A DNA stretch of 64,000 nt, the filler included, from Dimargaris cristalligena (taxonomy: Eukaryota), in NCBI GenBank assembly GCA_003614675.1. It is 7 parts of 7 records of this genome, joined end to end, with 100 filler letters (N's around TTAATTAATTAA, not from the genome) between each part and the next. Parts side by side here need not be neighbours in the genome. Positions count along the whole stretch, not along the records: positions 1 to 9,273 come from ML003273.1; positions 9,374 to 18,648 come from ML003274.1; 5 more parts are not named here. One strand, written 5' to 3'. Positions within the stretch are counted from its first letter, which is position 1, and each line of letters starts with the position of its first letter. A program made the translations under genes and the position numbers. Below are positions 1-12,300 of the stretch, one piece after another. The notes beneath the pieces were generated by a model. That model ran no database searches and was not told the origin of the DNA. It was given only the letters and a program-made list of their open reading frames with translations.

Positions 1-689
1 GACGAAGACCACGACGACGAGGAGGAGGAGGCGCTACTGGGGGCACTCGGGGCAGTATGACACTGACGAGCGTACAGATGAACTCTCACCCCTCTGTTAC
101 TGCAATGAACAGTTCTATGGAATGTGTATCGACAAGAATAAAGGTACCACAGCTGCGTAAAAATAGAAATAAACAGTCCTACAACCTCCCATCAATGTAA
201 ACATCAAGGCGAGCACTGCTAAATCTCTGGCTACTCTGCGTAGGGCCTGTACCTAGTTTCTTACTGTTTTTCCATGGGCCTGTACATTCCAATTGGGCGG
301 TACATGCCTTTACGTAATCTCGCTCGGCTTGTAAGATACTCCTTCGAAGTGCATTCGGCTACTGGTACGGCCCATCCACTCTCTATTATTCGCGAGCACT
401 CTCAATTACCACAGTGGAATCGAAAGTTGAGTACCATGCTAAAGTCAGCGTCGCACGGGGTCGGGAGCGCACCCGCTCCCGTCACCAGTGATAACTTTGC
501 CAAGTACCTAAAGCCCTGGGATGAACTAGTGTGTATAGTAGGTAGGTTAATATCATATTGGACAGCTCATCGGGACAATAACCCCCAAATCATTTGATTC
601 CATTCGAAATGGAGAACTTCAAACTACAGTTCCTTTTTTCCTACCACCCATTTCCGCATGACCAACCGACACATGTCCCTTTCCCTTAG

Positions 690-1260
690 CCCGTCTCCCG
701 GCTCAGCAGCTCGGTTACCGGCCGTCTGACCCGTGGATACGCCCAAGCCTCCTCGACCCGGGCCTCCGCCCCCGACTACCAGCGGCTGCAGCGTAACTTG
801 GCCGTTATCCAGGGCCGCCTGGACGGCCGGCCCCTAACCTTAGCCGAAAAAATCCTCTACTCGCATTTGGCCGACCCGCAGGGGACCGAGCTCCCCGAGC
901 GCGGCGTATCGTATCTCAAACTGCAGCCGGATCGGGTGGCCATGCAAGACGCGTCGGCCCAAATGGCCCTGCTCCAATTCATGCTCTCGGGTCTGCCGAC
1001 CACGGCGGTACCCACCTCGATCCACTGCGACCACTTAATCGAGGCCCAGCACAGTGCCGACCGTGATGTGGCCCAGGCGCTCATCACCAACCGGGAGATT
1101 TTCGAGTTTCTGCAGAGTGCCGCGGAGAAGTACGGCATCGAATTTTGGAAGCCCGGTTCCGGGATTATCCACCAGATCGTGCTGGAAAACTACGCCGCCC
1201 CGGGTACCCTGATGCTGGGGACCGATAGTCATACCCCGAACGCCGGCGGTTTGGGAATGA
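690..1260 (+). pseudogene. ACO2: Aco2/AcoB-type mitochondrial aconitase (homocitrate dehydratase-like), exon 2 fragment, truncated after ...[13 protein letters not shown]
   Basis: Frame opens after pyrimidine tract + TAG acceptor (687-689). Encodes presequence-like [18 protein letters not shown], then [70 protein letters not shown] (rather than DATAQ) points to the Aco2 clade. Similarity stops near 1260, with a stop at 1269-1271. Confidence 0.85.
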
Positions 1261-1409
1261 GTATAGCATAGGCTTTGTAGAGCTGTGCTCCTGGGTAAGA
1301 GAAAACACCCAAGTGCTATTGAATTCACAAGGGTACTTGACGAATGGCAGTTGCTAATCGACTATTATGCTAGTAGAAAGATTGAATAGTCCTGGTAGTT
1401 AGTACTTAC

Positions 1410-1448
1410 CTGAAGGCGCCGTGTGGTGGCACGTAGGGACGCGAGCAT
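1410..1448 (-). CDS. Probable exon 1 of the aconitase (MLASLRATTRRLQ, start of a mitochondrial presequence), on the opposite strand from exon 2
   Basis: Minus strand reads GCC-ATG, 13 codons (Arg/Ser/Thr/Ala-rich, no acidic residues), then CAG|GTAAGT, a canonical phase-0 donor matching the phase-0 acceptor at 689/690. Confidence 0.7.
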
Positions 1449-2224
1449 GGCAAGGTCTGGTGGGAGAATCGGCGGAGAGGACTGGGAGACGCTTGGCTAA
1501 ACTGCCGTATAGCACTAACAGGCGTGAAGGCACTCTGCGACTATAGGTCTAATAAAAAAACTAACCCAAAATAATACCAAGTTATTGTGTTGCGTAAAAT
1601 AGTAAATAAATAGAATAGTGGGCCAGTGATAAAGAAGAGGAGAAAGGTATATACCATATACAAACACGCAATTAATTCAATCTCTTCACCAATATAGATA
1701 AATATAATTATATTTGCACTTACATATTGAGTAATAGCCATTTAATCTAAATTGGAGTTATGTTGGGTTGGGTGGATTTTTTTTACAAGTGGTCTACCTA
1801 CGCTGCTATAAGGCTCCTCTACAGCAAAACCAGATTTCATTGGTGCATAAGCGACCGACAGCCCAGGCATCATCAAACAGGCGTGGTTACAGGGGCGTGA
1901 CTCATTTATCATCACGAACCACGATCCAGAGTTACTTGGCAAAGGGCAAATCAAATCCCGCGTCCTGGGCCAGCAGAGGAGAGAAGTCCTAAGTCCTTCC
2001 CTCCATCTAATGCTTATACTAAAAATGTAAGTTAATCCCCCTATAGAATCAGGCTTAACTCTTCAACCATACAAATGATTCACCCAGCAAGTTAGTTCAG
2101 CACAGCATTTTGGTCTGTATTGCCAATATATTTCAATGCTTCAAATTGGGATTTTATTAGAGAGTCTAAGGTATTTAACCAAGCATGCCATGCCGCCCCA
2201 CATTACACAGCCCAATCTAGTAAT

Positions 2225-4123
2225 TTACCGCACATCAATGCTGACAATTTGGACATCGTCGTAAGGCTTATCCTGTTTGTCAACTTTGACATTTTCAATC
2301 ATGTGGACGGTATCCATACCAGCGGTAACCCGTCCGAAAACCGTGTGCTTGTTGTCGAGCCAGGGCGTAGGCACTACCGTGATGAAGAACTGGGACCCGT
2401 TGGTGTTGGGCCCGGCGTTAGCCATACTGAGGGTATAGGGCCGGTCATGGCGTAGGTCGCGGTGGAATTCATCTTCAAAGTCCTCGCCCCAGATGGACTC
2501 GCCGCCCGTTCCGTCCCCCAGTGGATCCCCCGTTTGCAGCATGAAACCCTTGATCACGCGGTGGAAAATCAGGCGGTTGTAGTAGCCCTGGCGGGCGTGG
2601 GTCACGAAATTCTCCACAGCTTTAGGGGCCTGCTCCGGGAAGAGCTTGAAATGAATGTCGCCGAGGGTGGTGTGCATGACCGCGGCACTGCCCAGTTCCT
2701 GGTGGAGGGGCTTTTCGATAGCCAGCGTCTGTTCCTCCCGGGACGGTTTTTCGTTGAAAATGTCGCGGTCCGTCTGATCGCCCCGGTCGCTGTGGGGGTC
2801 CCGCCGCGTGAAGAGGTAGAACCGGTTACGCCGGTAAGCGGTCGCAAAGAGCGTGGGGTCCCCGGTCTCCTCGATCTGCAGTAGCGGGTTCTGGGCGGTC
2901 ATCCGCGCCAGGCCCGTGGGCTGCTTGGCCAACAGGGGTATGCCCTGATACAGGGATAAATTAAGGAACCGCAGGGGCTCCGATTTGCCCAAGAGCAGCG
3001 CCACCTTATTCGTCACTATGTTCACCACTTTGATGCCCTCCATCGTGGGGTAGAGGATAAAGTGGCCGCTCTGGTCAAACACCGCATTCATGGTCCGGGC
3101 TAGGGGCGAGTTCTGCAGCTCGAGCTCCACTGAACGCCGCCGACCGAACTCCATAGGGTCGAGCTTGTAGATGCAGGTACCCGCTTGCTGCATGTTACTA
3201 ATGGTGTCCAGGGATTCATCGTATTTGCGAATGAGTTTGCCGGTATCAAACTTGAAGACGCGGATTTGACGGTCGTCCACGTTCAGGGTAACAAAGTGAT
3301 TGTAGTCAGGGGAAAAGGTCAGCGACGTGGGCACACATTTGCCCTTTTTAAACTCGTACAAGTCGGTTTCTGACTTGAAGCGGAACCCCAATTGGGAAGG
3401 TAGTTCGAACGTCGGGGCCTCGGGGGTCCAGTACTCGCACATGCCGGCACTATCGACCGACACCACGCAGTTACGCAGCGGGTTGAACGTCATCAGAGTG
3501 ACGGGTTTCGAGTGAATGCTGGAGATGGTGTGCAGCGGCTGACCGTCGCCGCGGCCATCGTACAGGTAAATCAACGACGACTCCAGGTCGGTACAGGCCA
3601 CAACGGCCTGGGCCTGGCCCCGCCGGTGGAACCAACACACGCAGCGCGGGGTATAATCAAGGCGAATGGCGTTAATCATGTCGAAATTAATCACGTCGTA
3701 AATCTTGAGAGTCTTATCCGTGGATATCGTGGCGAACAACAGTCCATCGGCCGACAGGGCCACGCCCGTGATGGGTCCGAGGTGGGACCGGAAATGCTTG
3801 ACGAATTCGATCCCTTCGGGGATCTTCTTCCAGAATTTGAGGTGGCCATTGCTGGACGTGGTGATGACAAAATCGTTAGCGGCCACATTGGTGTAGGTGA
3901 GCACATCGCTATGCATGTAACTGCGCTCGTACATTTCGGCATCCGGGAGGGCGCGTAAGTAGAGGGGCTCGTGCGGTAGTACCCGCCGCTTCTTACGCGG
4001 CCCTTCGGCATCGGCGGCTGAGGGGGGTAGGGGACCTACTATGCCGTCGTCATCGCTACCATCGTCCGAAGGAGGATTGGCCCGTTCGGGCTCAGGGACT
4101 TTCGGGGCCTCGGAATCCGACAT
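2225..4123 (-). CDS. PPWD1: Peptidyl-prolyl isomerase with WD40 repeats (PPWD1/Cyp15), spliceosome-associated, 632 aa, intronless
   Basis: [27 protein letters not shown]40 region; [13 protein letters not shown] linker; cyclophilin domain [27 protein letters not shown]...[29 protein letters not shown]. Confidence 0.97.
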   Translation of the reverse strand: MSDSEAPKVPEPERANPPSDDGSDDDGIVGPLPPSAADAEGPRKKRRVLPHEPLYLRALPDAEMYERSYMHSDVLTYTNVAANDFVITTSSNGHLKFWKKIPEGIEFVKHFRSHLGPITGVALSADGLLFATISTDKTLKIYDVINFDMINAIRLDYTPRCVCWFHRRGQAQAVVACTDLESSLIYLYDGRGDGQPLHTISSIHSKPVTLMTFNPLRNCVVSVDSAGMCEYWTPEAPTFELPSQLGFRFKSETDLYEFKKGKCVPTSLTFSPDYNHFVTLNVDDRQIRVFKFDTGKLIRKYDESLDTISNMQQAGTCIYKLDPMEFGRRRSVELELQNSPLARTMNAVFDQSGHFILYPTMEGIKVVNIVTNKVALLLGKSEPLRFLNLSLYQGIPLLAKQPTGLARMTAQNPLLQIEETGDPTLFATAYRRNRFYLFTRRDPHSDRGDQTDRDIFNEKPSREEQTLAIEKPLHQELGSAAVMHTTLGDIHFKLFPEQAPKAVENFVTHARQGYYNRLIFHRVIKGFMLQTGDPLGDGTGGESIWGEDFEDEFHRDLRHDRPYTLSMANAGPNTNGSQFFITVVPTPWLDNKHTVFGRVTAGMDTVHMIENVKVDKQDKPYDDVQIVSIDVR

Positions 4124-6570
4124 TGAATAAGAGTCAAAAAAATGTATTATAGAGTGAAAGGAAGGTCGAATAGGGGAACTGAATGCATATAGAGAGGTAG
4201 GAAGGTGGAGAACGAACGGTGGCGGTACTAAATCGGAAACACCGCCTTGGCATGTCTATTTTTTCCGCCTCACTGGCAGAGAACCCCGTTCCGCGTAGGT
4301 TAGTGAAAGTTCCACAAGGCGATGGAGAGGCCAAACTGGTGGTTTGAAGTAGAAAATGATTGGGTTTAACAAGGGTGTGCTGGTATGGTACTTTCCCTAT
4401 AAACTGCCCGCAGCAATTAGTTATTGACCAGGCCCTTTAGTCTCTTCTACCAATACTCGTACCACTGGGCTAGTCGCATTTGACCCGCTCCTGTTACCTA
4501 TCCAGCCCTTTGTCGAAACGTCTCATATCAGGATTCCAGGGCTTTTGCACTATCGTGTGTGGAAAATATTTTTACAGTTGGCTTTCTATACAATCACCAA
4601 GACTTCATTATGGAACCGTTAATTCGAAATCAAGCACACGGAGGGGAAAAGCGGCGTTTCCGGTGAGAGGACATTGCACACGGTTAACGAACTTGCGTAC
4701 TGTGCCAGCCCAACGACCTGTGCGCTACCAAATATTACGTTTGTGGGTATCACATTTAAAATACCCAGGTAACAGCAAAGAGGTATCGCAGCACCAATGT
4801 GGGGCAATGTGACCCATTTCTAGAAACAGTAAGGTCTTGCTATATCACGAGGCACCAGCTGCTGCACACGCGTAAAATGGCCAGCGCTAGTCTGAACTCC
4901 AATATTATGAGTATAGGAAATGGTTTTCACCCGCCGGAGGTGGCTTACCGATAGCACATGTAAGAGGCGGATTAATTAACTGCGAAATCGAATGAAGCAG
5001 CTGGACTGCAATCGTACCGCGTACATTTGCTCTAACTGGAGCACACTTGCACATATGGAGGGGCGACCCGCCACAAGTAAGCCAGTGGGACATAGCCCGC
5101 TTTTACCCTGGGATATGAGGAGCGTGGGTGGAGCGGGAAGCTCGGGGTGACCTTGAGCCCTCCGAGCAGGTATCGAGCGAGCTCGTGCACAGGATATAAA
5201 TAACCCAGAACTGGGGGCTAATTGCAGGCGGGTTCTAATGAAGAACTGGCCCGTCATTTAAAAACGAGGACACTTCGAGTCGCCTAATTGGTGTGTAGTT
5301 AGGTGTGATTTACAAGTTATGGGGGCACGTACACTCTCTCTAGGGTGATTAGCACCTTTACCAAGGGTATAATCAACCACAGCTAATCTCATGATAACCC
5401 GACTGTGGATGCAATCTTGGGCAACTCGATAGTTTATATTGACAGTCACTGAGGGCAGCTTAGCTGATTTCTAAATCAACGGGTTGTTGTGAAGGCCGAT
5501 TTCTCTATTACCTGCCAAGTGCCGTTGGTTCGAGGGGAATAAGGTAACAAGATCCCTGATGCTAAGCTGATAAAGACCGCCACGAACCCTTCCATGTAGG
5601 ATATAAGTGCATGGAGTGTGGGCTATGCGGCAGATAATGTTCTCAGTCTTGTACTAAGGCGCAGGGAACTAAAGACTAACCAAGGGAAATCCTGGCATTT
5701 GTTGCCAAATGAGTCACCCGTAGCTTCATTCAGGACACTTGGAGACAATGAGAAGCGATATGTATTGGGAAGAAGATATTCAGCGGTACGTTGTACAGCG
5801 ACGATAGGGCGGAAACGCGACTTCCCTGTATCGAATAATTGCTGAACCCCTTAGGGCCATGGCGGGGGGCCTGCTTACCCCCCGATTCAGCACGAGGCGG
5901 CTCACCAAGGCCTACTATGGCATATTAACTTCCCTTCAACTGGCTCAGGGATCAGCTAGCCGGTGCTTGATAACGATTGGCACTCAATGTGACTCGGCCA
6001 GCTGACCATCACTTGAAACATTCCACCGATTGAGTGGCGGCAATTGTCTCCCTTTAGGTTATACACCAACCCCGCAGCGGTTGGATTCCTCCTGATTGGC
6101 GCCCCATAATATCCACTATTCACGGGCTACAGCGCTTCCCCGAGTAACTTGTATAAATATCATCCCGAGCGCCCCACGAATGAGACGCATCATTTACACC
6201 CCACCGCTACCCTCCCCTAACTTCACCACTATTGAACTATATAGCCTACAATTTTCAGATTTATTGAGCAATTCTTGAATTAGTTAGCCGCCCCGCTGCG
6301 ACACACTCCTAAAAGTTACACCTACAGTCCCTCCCCTACTTTAGCACACTCATTCTGTGTATCCTCTCCATCATCCTTGATTGCTATCATTTTTTATCCT
6401 GTTACACTACCGTATAATTATTGTCTCTGTCGTTCTTCGGTACTACCGACCGCTCACATTCGCTCGTGCAAGCTCGTCCAGTCATTAGCACCCGCTAAAC
6501 TGTACTAGTACTTTTCTTACAGCAACTTCCCCTCCCGCCATTTAACACCCCATCTCCAACTCCGTTAGCC

Positions 6571-7933
6571 ATGCGTTACTTAGTTCTATCCGCCCTGTTG
6601 GTTTTCTGCGGCACTACCGCGGCCCTCCCCGAACGCCAACTGGTTATCCAGGGCGAAGCCCCGTTCCCAACCCCAAGCTTCAACCGCGACTCCTGTCCCA
6701 TTGACCAACGCTCATGTACTAATGAGCAAGCCGACAGCTGCTGTACGCCCAAGAACGGCCTTTTGGTATTCGCTCAACAGGTAAGTCGGAGCTCCTAAGC
6801 CATGATTAGTTTGGCGTTATGGAAGTGGTATTATAAGTCTAGGTCGAGCCTATTTCGCCAAAGTCTCCTCGATATTATTGGAGTTACCCGGTTATGGATA
6901 TCAATTGACCCGGGTTTTAATCAAACCAACCATGCTCTAGCCCGTCTCTTAGCTACTAAGTAGCAAATTTCCACCCATGTGACCTATTTTCTAATACACC
7001 GGCTACATTTAATCCTACCTACCATCCCGAATCTAGTGGGAGCTGAACTACGGCCCCAAGAAGAGCTTCACCATTCATGGCCTATGGCCCGACTTATGGT
7101 GAGTGAATTGCTATCTGGCAGCATGTTGATCCCCTTTAACCAAACCCGCCTTTTTGCTGTGCACTCGGGGGTGACTGTAATGAGGCCAGGCGGACGGAGC
7201 TAGTTGCCCAAATCCACATAGTGGGTGGTATGTTCCTTCACCCCTTGGCTCTTGCCTCAGCCCTTCACTCACCTTATCGTCCATGATATCACTGCAATAG
7301 CAATTCACCCCTGGCTATGCCCCACTTACTGACCACTGCCCTCCCACCCCTGTCTAATATTGGATTGAATCCATTCCCCCTTTCCGCACCATGTACCCAC
7401 CCCTCTCCTACTATCACAGTGACGGCACTTTCCTGCCCGCCAATGGCTGCGACCGTGATCGCAATTACGACGATATTGCGAGCATCGTTCGCCGGCGGGA
7501 TTCCAGCCTCCTCGAGTGGATGAACCAATACTGGCCATCCAACCGCAATAACAACAACGTGTTCTGGGCCCATGAGTGGAACAAACACGGTACCTGCGTG
7601 ACCACCCTCGACCCCAAATGCTACGGCGATACCTACAAGCCCCAGCAGGAGGTGGCCGACTACTTCAACCAGGTCAAGGGCGTGTATGAGGCCAACAACC
7701 TGTACCAAGCCCTCAGTAACCAGGGCATTATCCCTGGCAGTAGCTACCCCCTCGTTAATATGGCCGCGGCCATCCGCCGCGAATTGGGCGTCGAGCCCCG
7801 CTTTAGCTGTCGCCGGGGCCGGATTCAGGAAATTCGAATGTGGTTCTACGTGAAAGGCTCGACAAACTATATTCCGGCCCCTGCCATGGGTGGTCACTCT
7901 TGCCCCAAGATGGTTTTCTACCCCGCCAAATAG
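6571..7933 (+). CDS. Secreted ribonuclease T2 (RNase Rh-like), 3 exons: 6571-6780, 7037-7098, 7420-7933; 261 aa
   Basis: Signal peptide MRYLVLSALLVFCGTTAA; introns GTAAGT..TAG and GTGAGT..CAG with compatible phases. Splicing rebuilds CAS I FTIHGLWPDLCDG; CAS II FWAHEWNKHGTC. Confidence 0.93.
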
Positions 7934-9273
7934 TAAGTGTCCCAGTTACTTACTTCCCATACCGTCGACATCGGTCACCGACTAATATCTAAACTACTAT
8001 GAATCCCAAAGCCCTGAGTGGCGGTCTGCTACTGCATCTCTTTAATGATCATGGAATTCTAACCCTTTCCAAGGGTGTCTCATTGTGATGTATTGCTATA
8101 TATCTACATCTTCCCTTTACCCACTAGCGAAGGTGATGACAAATTCCCTAGTCATGGTCAGCCAAGGGTTTCTCCTACTTGGACGTTTCCGCAGAAGTTT
8201 CTGTATACGGGATCGCTTAGCGTTTTTGCATATCTGTACTCTATGTCTCCCCAATTTCTTACATCTACGTTCACTCTACTTTTAATCTATTTTGCGACGG
8301 TACCCTAATCAAATAGTTAAATTATTGTTCATGCTTTTTTTCTTCTTTTGGTTGATACCAGCTTTCATGTAACCTTCATAAATATATATCTTATTATGAA
8401 TCAAATACCCGATTTCCTGAGGGACGTATTGGCTAGTTTTAATAGACATAGTTGGGGGCGTCGAGATGGCACGTGTAGTTCAACTGTAAGACCAGTCCAT
8501 TATTTGGTAGCATGTCGGGGGCACTGCTACACAGGCCCGGCCCATATTGTACAGCGACAGGGGCACCCATGAAGGATCGCCGGCCATAGGAATGGGCTCC
8601 TGCTGGTGAATAATCCGACGGTGTTTATGTTGATCCCCATTTTATGGTACTGGCGTCTGTCGGACGCATCTCTATAATTAATAGTAGTAGAAAATATCGC
8701 ACGTCTACAGCCCAGGTATTCGTGTGGATTAACCAAATGGTGCCATGTGTTTACTTGGCGATTTTCCCTATAAAGTCGTTCGTCTAATCGTAATGATAAT
8801 AATGTAAATAATTAGATACTGGAATCCAGCAAGGTAAAAAATGCCACTAGTTAGTAAACGAATAAATTACTCATTCTTGCTACACATATCAAAGTTATTC
8901 AAGACCCTCTGCTCTATATATTATGTTGGGTATTCCCTGCCAACCATGAGATCAAACACTCCCAATTCCAGTTCTTCTAATTAGACGAACATATACTTTT
9001 CTGTTAGCCAGAGGTCTGTCGCATCGGCGCTAGGCCGTCCGAAATGTGAGGTGGAGTCCACCTTACGTGTTCCCAGGCCTAGCACCCCAAAGGCGGAGTC
9101 ACCCAGCATCATAGATAGAACAGGGCCGCAGGGGTAGAAGTAGCGGACTCAGTCTATCCAACTGCCACTATGCCCCTGAACTCTAGGACATATGTTCATC
9201 GAAACGTGAGTGGACTACCCCATTCAGTTCGGTACGATCAAATGAGAGCCGGCGTTCAACCCGAACGATAATA

Positions 9274-9373
9274 NNNNNNNNNNNNNNNNNNNNNNNNNNN
9301 NNNNNNNNNNNNNNNNNTTAATTAATTAANNNNNNNNNNNNNNNNNNNNNNNNNNNNNNNNNNNNNNNNNNNN
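9274..9373. other. Artificial contig linker
   Basis: N44-TTAATTAATTAA-N44 (stops in all six frames), identical at six places. Confidence 0.99.
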
Positions 9374-12300
9374 GTAGGAACAATTTCAGATTCCACAACT
9401 TGAGCGGCAGAAACCTCAGTCGCAGCTTCTTCAGTAGCAGCAACTCCTGGCTCTTGCACTTCGGCAGCGACAACCAAGGTCTCGGATTCCTCAGTGGGAG
9501 AGGTCTCGGCTTCGATTACTTCTGCAGCAATGGAATCTTCAATGATTGCCTCTACGGGAGCGATGTCGGCCTCGACGGCTTCAGCGGTGGTAACTTCAGG
9601 TTCGACCACCTCGGCGACAGGAGTTTTTTCGACGACCTCGCCACTGGGAGTGGAATCAGCCTGGACATTTTCAGGCTCTTGAACCTCGACAGCGGCATCG
9701 TCGGTGTTGACTTCCTCGACTTCGATAGCAGGGACGGTATCGGTCTCAACAACTTCAACAGTAGCAGCCTTAACCTCGACTTCCTCGACGGTAGGGGTCT
9801 CTTTAACAACTTCAGCCGCGGGGGAAGTCTCGGCTTCGTCACCATTGGACTCTTGCATGGCGGCAGCGGGAATCTCAGCCTCGACTTCTTCAGAAGCGTT
9901 GGCCTCGGGCTCTTGCACTTCGTCGACGACAGCGGCCTCAGTTTCGACAGCCTCGGTGCCCGTAACTTCGGGTTCTTGAACTTCGGCAGCAGCCCCGTCA
10001 GCGTCAAAGGCTTCGGAGGTGGTAGAATCTTCGACAACCTCGGTATTAGCAACTTTAGCCTCGACCTTCTCAACGACAGTGGTTTTGACATCAACCTCAT
10101 CAGTCGCCGTAGATTCTACAACGATCTCATCGACTGGGGTGGTCTCAGTCTCGGCAGCTTCGGCAGGGGCAACTTCCTGCCCGGCCTCCTCCAAGGCAGC
10201 GGATTCATCTGTGACTTCTTCGACAAGAACAGAATCGGCTTCGACGGCGGCAACCTCGGCCTCTACTTCCTTGGCCGCAGCGGATTCGTCGGCAACTTCA
10301 GTGACGGGGGCAGCCTCAACTTCTACAGTATCAGTGATGGCGGTCTCGGAGTATTGCAATTCGGCAGCGGATACCTCGGCCCCAACATCTTCCCCGGCGG
10401 GAATGGCCTCGGCTTCGATGACTTCAGACGGACCGACCTCAGACTCTAGTACTTCGGCAGCGGCAGCCTCGGTGCCAACAGCCTCAGAAGTGGCAAGTTC
10501 GTCGACAACTTCTTCGGCGGGAGCAAGCTCATCCTCAATGGGTTTACCAGCAAGGACGTTGGCCTCGACTTCATCAACGGCAGCGGATTCTTCGACAACT
10601 GCAGTGGCGGAAGCAGCCTCAGAATCAATGACAGCAGATTCTTCCTCTACGTCGGCTGCGGGAGCAGAATCAGCTTCGACGGTTTCAAAGGTGATAACCC
10701 CGATCTCGACTTCCTCGGTGGCGGGTGATTCTTCCACAACGTCGACGAGGGGAGCAGCATCAACCTCGGGTTCTAGCACTTCAGTGGCTTCCACTTCAGT
10801 ATCCACATTATCGGCGGCCGCAGATTCTTGGACGACTTCAACGATAGGAACAGCCTTGGCCTCGACATCTTCAGTAACAGTGACCTCGGGCTCATTCACC
10901 TCGGCAGCAGGTTCGTCCACAAGTTCGGCAGTAGGGGCGGTATCAGCATCAGTATCTTCAGCGGAAACGGCTTCGGGCACATGGACCTCGGCCTCAATAT
11001 TTTCAGCGGCAGGAACAGTCTCAGCCTCTGTTGCTTCAACGGTAGAAACTTCCATATCGGCTTTCTCAACTTCAGTAGTTTCTTCAACGACTTCATCGAT
11101 GAGAGAAGTTTCAGCCTCGACAACTTCTGCGGCCTCGACTTCATCCTCTTGCACTTCGATGGAGGTAACCTCGGCCTTAACTTCTTCAGAAGCAACGACT
11201 TCGCGCTCCTGTACTTCGTCGACCGCAGGGATGTCAGCCTCGACAGTATCGGAAGCAATAACCTCGGTTTCTTGAATTTCGTCAGCGGCAATCTCAGCCT
11301 CGATGGTTTCGGAAGTGGCAGAATCTTCGACAACCTCGGCAGTGATAACGTCAGCTTCGGCCTCCTCAAAGACAGCAGTTTCGGTATCGACATCCTCGGT
11401 CGCTGTCGATTCTACAATGATCTCGTCGACAGGAGAGGCCTCAGTCTCGATAATTTCGGCAGTGGATTCTACGACTTCATCAACGACGGGAGCAGCCTCG
11501 GGCTCTGGCATTTCGGTAACGACAATCCCAGCGTCGACGGTTTCAGTAGTGGCAGATTCTTCGACAAATTCTTTGGCAAGAGCGAGCTCATCTTCAACTG
11601 GTTCATCAGTAACTATGCTGACCTCGACGTTCTCGGTGGCGGTGGATTCTTCTATGACTTCGGACTCCACTACATCAATAGGAGCAGCGACTTCATCGAC
11701 GGGCGACATTTCAACTTTAACTTCTTCGGCAGCGGCAACATCGGCCTCGACGGCAGCGGGTTCTTCGACAACATCATTGGCGGTAGCAGCCTCGGCCTTA
11801 ACTTCTTCAACGGCAGTGGATTCTTCCGAGACATCTTCAACGGGTGCAGCATCTGCCTCGACGGCATCGACGGTGGCAACCTCAAAGTCTACTTCCTCGA
11901 TGGCAGCGGATTCTTGAACGACTTCAGCGGCGGGAGCAAACTCATCTGCTACGGCCTCAGTGCTGACGGCCTCGGGATCTTGCAATTCAGTAGCGGTAAT
12001 CTCGACCACAACTTCTTCCGCGGAGGTAGCGGCATCAGTATCGACGATTTCAGCGGTGGTAATGTCAGACTCGACATTATCGGCCGCAGAAAATTCCTCG
12101 ACTACTTCAGAAGAAACGGCCTTGGGCTCTGGTACTTCGGTAGCGCCAATCTCAGTGTCGTCGGCTTCAGCAGTGGCAGGTTCTTTGATAACTTCTTCGA
12201 CGGAAGCGAGCTCATCCTCGACAACTTCGGACTTCACTCCATCAGTGGGAGCAGATTCTACAGTGACTTCATCGACGGGCGATGTTTCAACGTCGACTTC

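Noticed and set aside
1-160. Coding-like stretch at the window start (DEDHDDEEEE..., PLCYCNEQFYG resembling a PHD start, or a minus-strand Ser-rich frame)
   Set aside because: Too short and the frame is ambiguous; the remaining PHD ligands are absent.
274-597. 107-aa ORF, with ATG at 436 as an alternative aconitase first exon
   Set aside because: No recognisable similarity and no strong donor in phase with the 689/690 acceptor; the minus-strand exon at 1410-1448 fits better.
2120-4011. Antisense and alternate-frame ORFs over PPWD1 (likewise over NFS1, the permease, RPB5, WDR55 and BUB1)
   Set aside because: By-products of GC-rich codon usage on the real coding strand.
9027-9216. Hammerhead ribozyme or SECIS element
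   Set aside because: GAAA plus a stem is present but there is no CUGANGA core or valid cleavage triplet; no proper helix II after the ATGA for a SECIS.
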